This document shows positions 26,601 to 35,180 of a stretch of 64,000 nt of DNA, piece after piece. A program made the position numbers and the translations under genes. The notes below the pieces were generated by a model. The model was not told the origin of the DNA and did no database searches. It worked only from the letters and a program-made list of their open reading frames with translations. How positions within the stretch are numbered: the stretch's first letter is position 1; the number at the start of each line of letters is the position of its first letter. Source of the DNA: Nemertoderma westbladi (lineage: Eukaryota > Animalia > Xenacoelomorpha); assembly GCA_032718475.1 (NCBI GenBank), contig JAUCBJ010009060.1, positions 72,065-136,064 on the forward strand. The letters run 5' to 3'.

Positions 26601-29600
26601 ATCATGCTTGTCAAAATTGAGCCGATTGTTCGATCCGTTAGGATTCATCAGTCCAGTGATACTGCAAGCCCGCATTTATATGCGCAGTATTTGGAAGGTT
26701 GGACTAACATGGGACGAGCCGATCTCATCAGACCAAGTGGACTTATGGAAGACCTGGGAGGCGGAATTATCTTCGCTAGAGGATTATTCCATACCCAGAG
26801 TTTACTTTCCATTACAAACTACATTTCCTGACAACTTGGAATTACATTGTTTTTCTGACGCCAGTGACAACGGTTTTGGTGTGGCAGCGTACTTGCGCAG
26901 ACAAGTAGACTCAGAAGCATTCGATGTTTCGCTCATTACTTCTAAGGCAAAAACAATGCCTACTAAGTATATGACGACACCACGAGCTGAGCTACAAGCC
27001 GCAACCCTGTCAACCACCATCGTGAACCTTATACAGACAGAATTACAGTCAAGTTTACAGATATTTTATTGGACTGACGCGACGTTGGTTTTATTTTACA
27101 TAAACAACGACACACTTGAATTCAAGACATTCGTAGCTAACCGTCGCGCAGAAATTCTAGACCGTTCAATAAAAGAGGATTGGCGACATTGTCCCGGACC
27201 ACAAAACCCAGCTGATATTGCGTCGCGAGGAATGATGCCCGAGGAATTCTGTAAACCGGAAAACAAAGAATTTTGGCAACACGGACCCCAATTCTTGCAG
27301 AAATCGACACAAGATTGGCCTCCGTTATACGACAACAAATCTAATACTATCCCTAAGGACGCCGAAATCAAGAAACCAAAAAAGGGGAAGGCAAAGAAAA
27401 AGACGACGGCGACAAAACTCAAGAAAAAACCGAAGGCGAAATGGAAAGATATAACTTCAAAGGTCAAGAGAGGAAGACTTGCGAGCCTTTCTACACCAGA
27501 CATATCGCCAGACGGTCAACCAGACACGTTACTAGACGATCAACCAGACGTTTTGCCAGACATATCACAAAATGTTCTACCAGACACTAGTGACATACTG
27601 ACAAACAGTAAAGCCGCAGTTTCCCTATTGGAGCGGCCTTCTATTGACAAACAACCAGATGCGTTACCAGACGTATCACCAGACACATTACTAGACGGTC
27701 AACCAGACGTTTTGCCAGACATATCACAAAATGTTCTACCAGACACTAGTGACATACTGACAAACAGTAAAGCCGCAGTTTCCCTATTGGAGCGGCCTTC
27801 TATTGACAAACAACCAGATGCGTTACCAGACGTATCGCCAGACACGTTACTAGACGGTCAACCAGACGTTTTGCCAGACACGTCACTAGATAATTCGCCG
27901 GATGTTCCGCGAAACATTTTACCAGACATGTCACAAAATGTTCTACCGGACATTAGTAATGTATCGACTAACAGTAAAGCCGCAGTTTCCCTATTGGAGC
28001 GGCCTTGTATTGACAAACTACCAATTTTGACACACTTGAGCAACCATAAGCATGGTGAAACCTCATGTATTACAGATGTGGGTAGTACCTACGCTAATGT
28101 AAATACAGGTGTTACTTTGCGCTCAAGAGACATACCGAACTTGCAACCTATGGTGAGACCTGGGATTAATGTCGGCAGAAAAATAAGTTTACCGAAACCT
28201 GCTGACCCCATAGAGTTCAAACCACCATTAACGATCGACTTACAAAGTACCGACAATCAAGGTAAGAAGACGAAGAAGGACAAATTACTTGTAGACCCGG
28301 ACGGATCAACAGTCAACAAGGGAATACTTACCGGCGGACCCGTGGGCCCTTCTAGTAATTCAAAACCTTCCAAAATCTCCATTGACTTACCTGATGACGT
28401 CACAAATACTCACATCGACCGGATTGTAAACTTAACAGACTCTTGGACAAACGCTTGCCGAAAATTAGCGTGGATTGTACGTTTCGTACAATACGTTAAA
28501 GGCAAACGTGACTTTACACGTCGACTTACATTGGCTGAGATTGACAGGTGTGAGATTAAATTAATTCGCCATTACCAACTGCGATATTTCGCGCGCGAAT
28601 TCACATCTATAAATCAAGGTCAACCAATCAAGTCGTCACCAATACTGAGTTGGAGTCCGATTATTTATAATGGCTTAATTTGTCATAAATCACGGCTTCA
28701 AAACATTGACTTTAACACAAACTTTAGATACCCAATAATAATACCCCAACATCACAAACTACAACGTGCAATGATACTGGACGCACATTTACATCTGAAA
28801 CATGCTGGAAGACACCACTGTCTTTCTTACTTACGTACAAGATTTGTATTGATTAGACCTAGTAAAGCGTTAAGTTCAGTGACACGTACGTGTATTATTT
28901 GTAAAAAGGTACATTCTAGAATAGGTACCCAAGAAATGAGTGAACTACCACAAGCACGACTTCAAGCATTCAGACCACCTTTTACAGAGACTGGAATTGA
29001 TTGCTTTGGTCCCATACATACGAAACGTGGACGTATACTAGTAAAACGCTGGGGACTGATTTTCACATGTATGTCCAGTAGGGCAGTTCATATTGAACGT
29101 GTGATGGATCTTTCCACCAACGCGTTTATACTAGCACTGCGGCGATTTATCGCTAGACGCGGACTAGTAAAATGCTTGTACTCAGACCAAGGGACAAACT
29201 TTGTTGGTGCTCGGAATGAGATTGCTAGAGCTTTTAAGAAATTAGATCATGATCAAATCTCGAACGAACTACAACCTCACAAGATTGTTTGGAAGTTTAA
29301 TCCTCCAGATAGTCCTTGGAGAGGCGGAGTCTGGGAGAGACTGATTAGATCTATAAAGACAGCCATGGCAAAGGTCATTCCAGTAAACCACATATTGACA
29401 GACGACCAACTGACAACACTGTTTGTTGAAATCGAGGCAATACTAAATACTAGACCAATAGTATTAGTACCCGATGACAAACAATCTCAGTTTGCTTTGA
29501 CACCGGCACACCTGCTTATGCAGGCACCGACCACATTGACACCTATTTCTATTCCAATAGAAAGCGACAGCTACGGTAGAAAAGCGTGGAAAATCACGCA

Positions 29601-29922
29601 ACTACTGGCTAACAAATTCTGGGAAATATGGCAAAACCATTATTTGCCCTCTATTTCTGCCAGAACAACTTGGTATAATAACACCCGCGCATTAAAGCCG
29701 GGAGATCACGTGCTGTTAGCGGAAGTGAATCTAAAAAGACGCTTCTGGATAACAGGTGTAATTTTAGCCACACATCCATCTATGGATGGAGTGACAAGAA
29801 CTGTGACGGTACGGACAATTGACGGTCGTACAGTAGACAGACCGACTCAACGTCTCGTACTTCTTGAAGAGACTCATAACGAGTCTGGAGACTACAAATC
29901 TCCACCTAATACTAGTAAATAA
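20623..29922 (+). CDS. gag-pol: BEL/Pao gag-pol polyprotein (gag, aspartic protease, RT, RNase H, integrase)
   Basis: PPKFSG...W..F gag motif; three BEL-type knuckles (CQYC..H..C, CWRCTRHGHVRKDC, CPSCGRNHDGLLH); protease AILDSAS; RT YLPHH, DVEAMFHQV, FYVDD; RNase H LHCFSDAS, PRAEL, WTDA, NPADIASRG; integrase HHCC, GIDCFGP, SDQGTNF, GGVWER. Confidence 0.98.
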   Translation: MSDKQDYTKNTQTDYDSCDGDKSAAEEQQGKTREPTEPTPCASPVHPTGVPDAVVRGDGRTEDFLTVPQPRYRETDMVSSVGSQESVVRSVGGYMAHITRSIGEGQRILDGLTAPMSRFEFYTLQVRVQSKVYKSVDNLVGLQDLARQRQDMDTQLRILEKLMIAREKLIQFKSTIRQIQQEQADQLLGESVSDELLQPEEEQELYRLDGQLKHLTDHLRMCGEDVGDWETVPEYTRETSPVRIESAPGILNQSLVSIRSEINEVSMVTSEVARQQQQFYRQQHEMEEQTQLLMIQTAVEEEKIRVANVARISHLQEQAELEAAEMERLELDIAQQAAAAELAQRTATAELERQTAAAAAAAELERQTEAAELERKRLVSEARVEMKTRQIKAQQAIRQAEFEAQQQQTEQREKEVKLRFELEKRARELAETKENLDLLARDRSMRSRDGHDLDQIEVRHRQIQERLKEGSIGAPGRERQLVKDLCQRFPQVTPMFAPVTTKEPVSIAGSSDISPIHGATEHRFVIPDKFTPPRATSSPIPKVKVSNPPITDRSSLLTGPALLTTKQVSPPSTPKPVTHYAYPMTFRPTRPVDSNAVIRPPVQFTSQSTTSRKTCEPTEQRRPVDTRPFNQFTSQSTTSRKTCEPTEQRRTVDTRPFNQCTSQSTTSRKTCEPTEQRRLVDTRQFNQRASQSTTSRKTCEPTEQRRLVDTRQFNQFTSQSTTSRKTCEPTEQRRLVDTRQFNQFTSQSTTSRKTCEPTEQRRLVDTRQFNQRASQSTTSRKTCEPTEQRRSVDDVTKRNVRIRTTQRTRAHRPPYPDDSSTSSESDYPKREVFRTGAADEYKRERSDNSFIDNPPQNTPTQKALQPTDAISTQQFADIMRPVVNKLAQIEERLEEVQTDSSRNTEFEHNRHPKEPQRPVPSKHPSYQGKAPRRDINQITNQGRETLNVAEEIAKFAARQGLPVQQPPKFSGSSKHWHTFVDYIESQIAVCAFTSREKFNYLLQTLSGEPKRLAETFVGVPDAFELAYDRLTSIYGGTVSMARSVIEELCKGGAITKPVDLLKLADEIRNAITTLRSIGQLDYGNTPTVLLKIIGRLHHRLRREWRKIEYQREERGGFLKLEDVYLLISREAVVETRSNYTDQHIVAEGITLPSSNRQKPQTTSTKTATYTTPTESRQFSDGSRVSAPIGIKQTRQQLSTDFSGCQYCEHLGKRYIGHKLRGCRQFRELNSEERRLQIRPLDSCWRCTRHGHVRKDCPNTDTCPSCGRNHDGLLHTDSHTPTKRFAREHPEAAARCDAAYRKRESKTTPTFVTHIEDCFSEQSGSSDEELEDDDEYSNGDEQPSIALLTTDQLKGFSVIPIKITGTKGSKRIYAILDSASSHSYVDEKIADVVTDLKQGKRVSYTVSSMHGQRAIPVTRVKLNLDSLLPKSQHSERERSLLPFKDLTFAATKDFSNLLGPVPEQSLEDRKYFRHLGVPECPVNYRSVAMLIGTDQFNLHQVWETRPSAVVAGNAYACRTPIGWYTRAPVRTLNVSDEEDDVQSTCSLLTTNSIHSFSHDVDHTTLQSTKHDRRVTSMISSHKEQLIHKVSLELGEKTSQLEIPSTTDDRLASLPTPTTSTIPIDIDDDVLRNHQVEQAALDKELTEKTIRWLEQDTAEPGSYEPCMSEQEKQALKIMEDTIRQTKDGHYEVGMLWRSQSPKLINNYPLALRRLHSIRQRLLKDEKAHLQYNTQMETYLTKGYAIRMTNPEIVTNQTYYLPHHYVRHPDKPDKVRVVNDCAALFEGMSLNSELMDGPNMNNYLMGVIMRFRQRQVAFTCDVEAMFHQVKALERDRDSLRFLWYPEGDLSLPPATYQMQVRVFGARDSPNCTMYALKQAARDQKHLYDPEIIRIVERDFYVDDGLQSCDTVERATTVAHQLRDCLAGGGFNLTKFASNSAELVDSFGTTERGGGDIDLEFEPLPTTKVLGLFWDPNTDNFRVKVRLDSQENTLTKRSCLSKLSRLFDPLGFISPVILQARIYMRSIWKVGLTWDEPISSDQVDLWKTWEAELSSLEDYSIPRVYFPLQTTFPDNLELHCFSDASDNGFGVAAYLRRQVDSEAFDVSLITSKAKTMPTKYMTTPRAELQAATLSTTIVNLIQTELQSSLQIFYWTDATLVLFYINNDTLEFKTFVANRRAEILDRSIKEDWRHCPGPQNPADIASRGMMPEEFCKPENKEFWQHGPQFLQKSTQDWPPLYDNKSNTIPKDAEIKKPKKGKAKKKTTATKLKKKPKAKWKDITSKVKRGRLASLSTPDISPDGQPDTLLDDQPDVLPDISQNVLPDTSDILTNSKAAVSLLERPSIDKQPDALPDVSPDTLLDGQPDVLPDISQNVLPDTSDILTNSKAAVSLLERPSIDKQPDALPDVSPDTLLDGQPDVLPDTSLDNSPDVPRNILPDMSQNVLPDISNVSTNSKAAVSLLERPCIDKLPILTHLSNHKHGETSCITDVGSTYANVNTGVTLRSRDIPNLQPMVRPGINVGRKISLPKPADPIEFKPPLTIDLQSTDNQGKKTKKDKLLVDPDGSTVNKGILTGGPVGPSSNSKPSKISIDLPDDVTNTHIDRIVNLTDSWTNACRKLAWIVRFVQYVKGKRDFTRRLTLAEIDRCEIKLIRHYQLRYFAREFTSINQGQPIKSSPILSWSPIIYNGLICHKSRLQNIDFNTNFRYPIIIPQHHKLQRAMILDAHLHLKHAGRHHCLSYLRTRFVLIRPSKALSSVTRTCIICKKVHSRIGTQEMSELPQARLQAFRPPFTETGIDCFGPIHTKRGRILVKRWGLIFTCMSSRAVHIERVMDLSTNAFILALRRFIARRGLVKCLYSDQGTNFVGARNEIARAFKKLDHDQISNELQPHKIVWKFNPPDSPWRGGVWERLIRSIKTAMAKVIPVNHILTDDQLTTLFVEIEAILNTRPIVLVPDDKQSQFALTPAHLLMQAPTTLTPISIPIESDSYGRKAWKITQLLANKFWEIWQNHYLPSISARTTWYNNTRALKPGDHVLLAEVNLKRRFWITGVILATHPSMDGVTRTVTVRTIDGRTVDRPTQRLVLLEETHNESGDYKSPPNTSK
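22429..23000 (+). repeat. 84-bp coding VNTR in gag (7 copies; 3 copies at 7376-7612)
   Basis: 28-aa unit QFTSQSTTSRKTCEPTEQRRxVDTRxFN. Confidence 0.92.
27500..28020 (+). repeat. ~159-bp coding repeat in RNase H-integrase linker (3 units; 2 in copy 1)
   Basis: PDTLLDGQPDVLPDISQNVLPDTSDILTNSKAAVSLLERPSIDKQ repeated. Confidence 0.85.
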
Positions 29923-30520
29923 TTAGGAGTTCACAAATAGATTTCCACGTACCTGTACACCGTAGTAAGGACAGCGGTAGAATTCCATTGTCTTTATATG
30001 TGAACATTGAGGGTAGTACCCTTATGTGTCACATAGGAGCGGGATTTGTAGGTATAAGAAATGGAATTCTACTTGGAACTCACAATATTGAGACATTTTC
30101 GAAATTTTAGACAATCCATTTGGATTTGAAAAATTTTTAAATTTTCTCCAGTGAATAGATTTCAGGGTACAGTCGGGTGGAACTTAAAATTAGAGAAACA
30201 AGAGAGGAAGACTTGCGAGCCTTTCTTAAAAATTTTAATTAAATTTTACACGGTCTTGTTTCAATAAGTTACGTCAAAAAATAGACTCCCCTGTATTTAT
30301 TTCTAATTCTTGATTGCTTATTTTCTGATAATAGTTTGGGATCAAAAAGTGAGTATTTTAGACTCACAGCCAGTTTAGCCCAAATTCGTTTTTATTTCGG
30401 CAAAAAATTTTAGATAAGAAGCAGCGTGTCATTAAAGAAACCCTAGATCTTAGGCTATGGGTAGGAGGTTAGAGCGTTGTCGAGCCCAAAGGGCAGACGA
30501 AACTCTCACGTCTCCTCACA

Positions 30521-30552
30521 ACTAACTACAAACTCTGTTGTATTCCCTCTAG
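30521..30552 (+). promoter_or_regulatory. Putative splice acceptor for ORF2 subgenomic mRNA
   Basis: ACTAAC branch point, pyrimidine tract TATTCCCTCT, then AG ~30 nt before the ORF2 ATG; identical in copy 1 (14983-15014). Confidence 0.55.
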
Positions 30553-30583
30553 TAGTAATGATTATGTAACTACACCCCTAATT

Positions 30584-33500
30584 ATGGAGAAAGGGATACA
30601 AGGAGAGCCGAGATGGGGATATGATATCCAAGAGGAGGCAGCAGCGCCATTCGAAAGATTTGGAGCCAAGGATTATACTATATTCGGTATAAAAGAATTA
30701 TCGGAAAGTACAGCGAAACTCGCGAGAACTAAATATGACTCAAATGTATTAAAGAGAAGGCAAAACGCATTAAACGAAAGAATCGAAAGTTTGCGCCAAA
30801 CCTTCAACGAACTTTACCCGTACGACACTTTATGTGATACGGGAGATATTTGCGAAGACCCCGACACTGAAATTAGTCGTTTGTATCATACCATGCAATA
30901 CCTGAAGGCGCACGAACCTATGCCCGCGGTAAGAGATGAATTCGATGGAATGCATCTTTACAGACGAACTCGAGGGGACGATAGAGAAACCAAGGAAGCA
31001 TTTTCAGTTTATAAACTTTATTATCAATGCGGTTCTTGTATGCGCGAACAACGAAATGCGATTCCAATGCGTTTGAATAAGGAAAATCCCGAACCGATAT
31101 TGGCGAGGTGTTCGAACCATCAACAACTACGCTACCAGGAAGGAGGGTATCCTTTATCGAATCCATATCATTCATTTGCTATGACCGGACCAAAGGCGGG
31201 AGAAACTGTCATTTACCCACCTAAGGTTGTTGAACCCGATGTATTTGAACTTACGCTGGACGAGGCAAATCAGTCAACCCGCGAAAAGAAAGAAGCTCTT
31301 AGCCTATACAGAGCCTACAAGGCTTTCGAGAAAGGTGAGATGGAAGAATGGGGTGGAAGACTCGCGAGCCTACCTTGCCATTGGACGTCACACGATCAAA
31401 CTCCAGCTAAGGAGATGACACCGGAAGTTTTCGAGAGCATAAACTTTGCTCAAAACGTTATTCAGAGACTACAGATTGCATCCCCGGAGAGGACAAGAGA
31501 AATGCAACCGTATAGTACTTCAACTACGAAACCATTGAGTACGACACTCAACTTTCCTATTAGTATACCAGTCCGACAGGATACGACGTACGAAATACCC
31601 ATCGTGGATCATCCAGAAATCATTTCAAACTTGGAGTTTCTTCCTGCAGTTGTTTTCAGTGATATGAGTAAGATATATGATTTACGTAGACATATTACTC
31701 AAAAGGTCGTGTACAACGTTCCACCTCATATTCAAGACTTCAAGGAACTGGATAGAGCTGGTGCCGATATAGCTCCGAGTAATTTGAAGGGATATTTAAC
31801 CAAGACGATTCGTTTATGGATTGGAACCGGAACCTTCGAGTCGGATACAGATATTGCCGCGGATTGGCGAGGTAAGGTTATTAGCTTCGAAGATGATAAG
31901 GATATAGAGAAGATTTGGCAACCTTCGGAAGAATTGTTGGACGAATGGAATAGAACGTTTAGATCGTTTCAGGAAAATGGTTACATGTTTTACGATAACG
32001 AGGGCGGCAGTCATCAGCAGAGTTTGACTTCTAAGACTATACAGATTAGAGCGGCGGACGGAGTCTTGCACGTTTTCAGTAGACAGAGGAGCGACAAACG
32101 AATGCCGATACCTCCAGCGAATACAAAGCGACACCATCTTATCACCGACATAGTAAAGAAGATGGACCAAGCTTGTAATATTGACGCTAGAATGTTACCG
32201 AAGATGGTAAGAAACATGATTTTAGATAAAACTGTTGTAAAGATTGGATCAGGAGTAAGGGAGGACTTAATTAGCGACTTCGCCGGCATGACGGACAGCG
32301 ATGACCGACTACCGACACCTTACGTCGACACTCGACCTCTTATTTTGTGGTCTATAGAACAGGGATATTTTCGTGAGTATAATACTCAGAAGACTGGAAC
32401 TGGATACATTTCCTACCTGTTATTCAATTGGGATTATAAGGAAAATAAGAGAAACAAGTATATTGAAACTTATGGAGAAGGTGATACTCCAGATATGAGT
32501 GAGTTTGAATCACAGCTTAAATGGAGAGGATGCGTGTATTGGGCTATTACGTCACCTCCAAGAGCGGTCTTACAATATTATTTAGCAATAGAGTCGTCAG
32601 TGAATGTTTGCCTAATCGCCGACATTGTGTCTCGGACTCTCAAAAGACATCCACTTTGTCTCGGAGAAGATCATACTTTCTACATGGAAGGGAGAATTCG
32701 TACCGACGTGTTTAGACAATTCCTTGAACCCTTCTACAACTCCGACGCTCAGTGTAATGCCTTTACTCGAGCAGGATTTAGTATATTTCGAGACGTGTAT
32801 CTTCGCTGTGCGGGATCTCTTATCGAAAGACCATCTATGTTTACATTGTTACCCTATGAAGGAGAACGTATCGTGGAGATTACGGAAGAATCACGGCAGA
32901 CGCGCGCGCCTATCGGTCACCTTGGTGATGATTTCGAAGTAACTACTACGATCGCTGACGATCCTTTAGAGGAACTTCTTGAGATAGAAAGGAACCTCCC
33001 GAAGAAATCTCAGATGGAGATTCGACAACTTGAAGCAACAGATGCTATAGTTTGTATACAACCTTCAGATACCTACCAACCCATAGACCCAGATGATTAC
33101 GATTATAGTATGGGAGGAAGCACTCGACCGATTGGAGATCTTATATACGAACGAGTGTGGTACCCTGCCAATACGATGTGTAGTAAATGTGGCGTCGCTG
33201 GACATCATATGACAAAGTGCAGTGGAAAGCACATTACTACGACTCAGCTAATCTGTGGATGGTGTGGGGATCAAGGGTCTCATACCTTTTATACTTGCTG
33301 GAGATTTATGGCTCAATGTACTTATTGCAATATAAAAGGACATCGAGCATCTGAATGCCAACTAAGAGACATACCTTATGAACACGAATCTGTAAAACTC
33401 GTGAGGAAGTTATTTGATGAGTGGGAAGATTTAGCCGACGAACATGTATCGGCACAAAGAAGACGGTTTCCGATGAGAGCGCATCTCGGATTTTGGGCGG

Positions 33501-34309
33501 TAAATCCTCAAACGATGATGTCGGAAGGATATATCTCCGCTATGCCCCAATATGACGAACTTATCGAGGTAGTCGATATTTTGCCCCACGACAGCGGATT
33601 CCGAGTAGTGCGCGAGTATCTACTACAGATTCACCCGGATAACAAAAACACGTGGAATTTTCAGAAAGTCGTTAATCGCATTACGTATGGTGAATTCGAT
33701 CGTTTCCGAACTGAAAGGCGGAATAAAGGAGCTTGGTTAACCGTTGCATGGGCGTACCGAGCCGCGTTTTACCATAAACGTATACGAGCGAGCGTATTCG
33801 AGGAAGAAGAGGTCCTAGAGGCGACAAATATACCAGCCACTCCGGTTGCGCCGTCTGCACGTCACCCTCGGGAGGACGGACAGGGTAGGATCATACGGGT
33901 CCAGAAAGTGGGCCAACAATTAAAGAAAATTATTAATATAGAAGAACGCAAGGGAGTTGAGCCGACCATTCGAGTTACTCGGGATACGGTATCGCTTCCT
34001 AGAGAACCAGTAGGAGGATCGGGACATACACCAGCTGATCAACAGGGGGCGCAAGCTACTCTTGGGTCTGCGTCGTCCGCTTCTCGCGCGTTCCCAGACG
34101 TTCTACCAACTGTAGTGACAACTGATCGGTCACGAGGAATCGGTCGAGGTTTTGGGATGCCAAATAGACGAATTTGCGAGGAAATAGTCGCACCGTCTCT
34201 CAACGTCCAAACGAAACCAGTGACTCGCCCCACGAGTCCCATATCGCGAGCAAAGTCACCTGTGCGCAGTTTTCGAGGACGCGGCAGGGCTCGATCCACT
34301 AAGCGATAA
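30584..34309 (+). CDS. Accessory ORF2: DEDDy-type 3'-5' exonuclease domain + 3 CCHC zinc knuckles + RG-rich tail
   Basis: FYDNEG (ExoI), IQIRAADGVLHVF, LPKMVRNMILDKTVVKIGSGVRED (ExoII), YVDT, W...P....QYYLAIE (ExoIII); knuckles CSKCGVAGHHMTKC, CGWCGDQGSHTFYTC, CTYCNIKGHRASEC; no signal peptide or TM segment seen. Confidence 0.85.
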   Translation: MEKGIQGEPRWGYDIQEEAAAPFERFGAKDYTIFGIKELSESTAKLARTKYDSNVLKRRQNALNERIESLRQTFNELYPYDTLCDTGDICEDPDTEISRLYHTMQYLKAHEPMPAVRDEFDGMHLYRRTRGDDRETKEAFSVYKLYYQCGSCMREQRNAIPMRLNKENPEPILARCSNHQQLRYQEGGYPLSNPYHSFAMTGPKAGETVIYPPKVVEPDVFELTLDEANQSTREKKEALSLYRAYKAFEKGEMEEWGGRLASLPCHWTSHDQTPAKEMTPEVFESINFAQNVIQRLQIASPERTREMQPYSTSTTKPLSTTLNFPISIPVRQDTTYEIPIVDHPEIISNLEFLPAVVFSDMSKIYDLRRHITQKVVYNVPPHIQDFKELDRAGADIAPSNLKGYLTKTIRLWIGTGTFESDTDIAADWRGKVISFEDDKDIEKIWQPSEELLDEWNRTFRSFQENGYMFYDNEGGSHQQSLTSKTIQIRAADGVLHVFSRQRSDKRMPIPPANTKRHHLITDIVKKMDQACNIDARMLPKMVRNMILDKTVVKIGSGVREDLISDFAGMTDSDDRLPTPYVDTRPLILWSIEQGYFREYNTQKTGTGYISYLLFNWDYKENKRNKYIETYGEGDTPDMSEFESQLKWRGCVYWAITSPPRAVLQYYLAIESSVNVCLIADIVSRTLKRHPLCLGEDHTFYMEGRIRTDVFRQFLEPFYNSDAQCNAFTRAGFSIFRDVYLRCAGSLIERPSMFTLLPYEGERIVEITEESRQTRAPIGHLGDDFEVTTTIADDPLEELLEIERNLPKKSQMEIRQLEATDAIVCIQPSDTYQPIDPDDYDYSMGGSTRPIGDLIYERVWYPANTMCSKCGVAGHHMTKCSGKHITTTQLICGWCGDQGSHTFYTCWRFMAQCTYCNIKGHRASECQLRDIPYEHESVKLVRKLFDEWEDLADEHVSAQRRRFPMRAHLGFWAVNPQTMMSEGYISAMPQYDELIEVVDILPHDSGFRVVREYLLQIHPDNKNTWNFQKVVNRITYGEFDRFRTERRNKGAWLTVAWAYRAAFYHKRIRASVFEEEEVLEATNIPATPVAPSARHPREDGQGRIIRVQKVGQQLKKIINIEERKGVEPTIRVTRDTVSLPREPVGGSGHTPADQQGAQATLGSASSASRAFPDVLPTVVTTDRSRGIGRGFGMPNRRICEEIVAPSLNVQTKPVTRPTSPISRAKSPVRSFRGRGRARSTKR

Positions 34310-35180
34310 AAGGGAGGGCAAGGGTGGACGGAAGACTCGTGAGCCTTTCTTATGATTTGTGATTTATTTGAATTTATATTTATATTTGTGTTTATTCCGA
34401 ACTTAAGCAATTTGTATTGTTCCGAATTTATGAAATACGACTTATATTTAGTAAGAATTTATATTTGTAAGAATTTATATTTTATATTTGTAATTATTTA
34501 GAACTTATGCAATTTATATTATTTCGAACTTATGCAATTTATATTATTTCGAACTTATGCAATTTATATTATTCCGAACTTATGCAATTTATATTGTTCC
34601 GAATACTATGCAATTTATATCTTATAAGCAGTATTTGTATTTACAGTGAAATAGAAAGTAAGAGTAGATGGAAGACTCGTAGGCCTTTCTTATAGTTTCA
34701 CTTGTAAAGTGTTATATTTTGTATTTAGAAAGTTTTATAGATAGAAAGTTTTGTGCTTAGAAAGACTCATATTTGTAATTATTCCGAACTTATGCAATCT
34801 ACATTTAGGTACGAAAGTATTTGTAATTACTTGAATTTATGCAATATTTGAGATGCAATAGTAGATGGAAGACTCGCGAGCCTTTCTTATTGTTTTCATT
34901 TATTTGTATTTGTAATTACTTGAATTTATGCAATATTGAGATGCAATAGATTTATATTGGTGAATTTAATTTAGATTTATATTGTACTTACTTAGTAAAG
35001 CTTTAAATACGTAAAGTTTGAATTTGTAATTATTTGTATCGAATCATTACGTAGAAAGGAAGTATTATTTGAAATTTAATTGTAAATATGTAAGTACGCC
35101 CTAAGTGTTCTATAGTTTGATTGATTATTGGTGAAAACCGTATATTTTATGCACGATAATATCCTGTTTTCATGGAGCGG

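Noticed and set aside
30584-34309. ORF2 as envelope protein
   Set aside because: No signal peptide, transmembrane anchor or fusion-protein features; nucleic-acid-binding motifs instead
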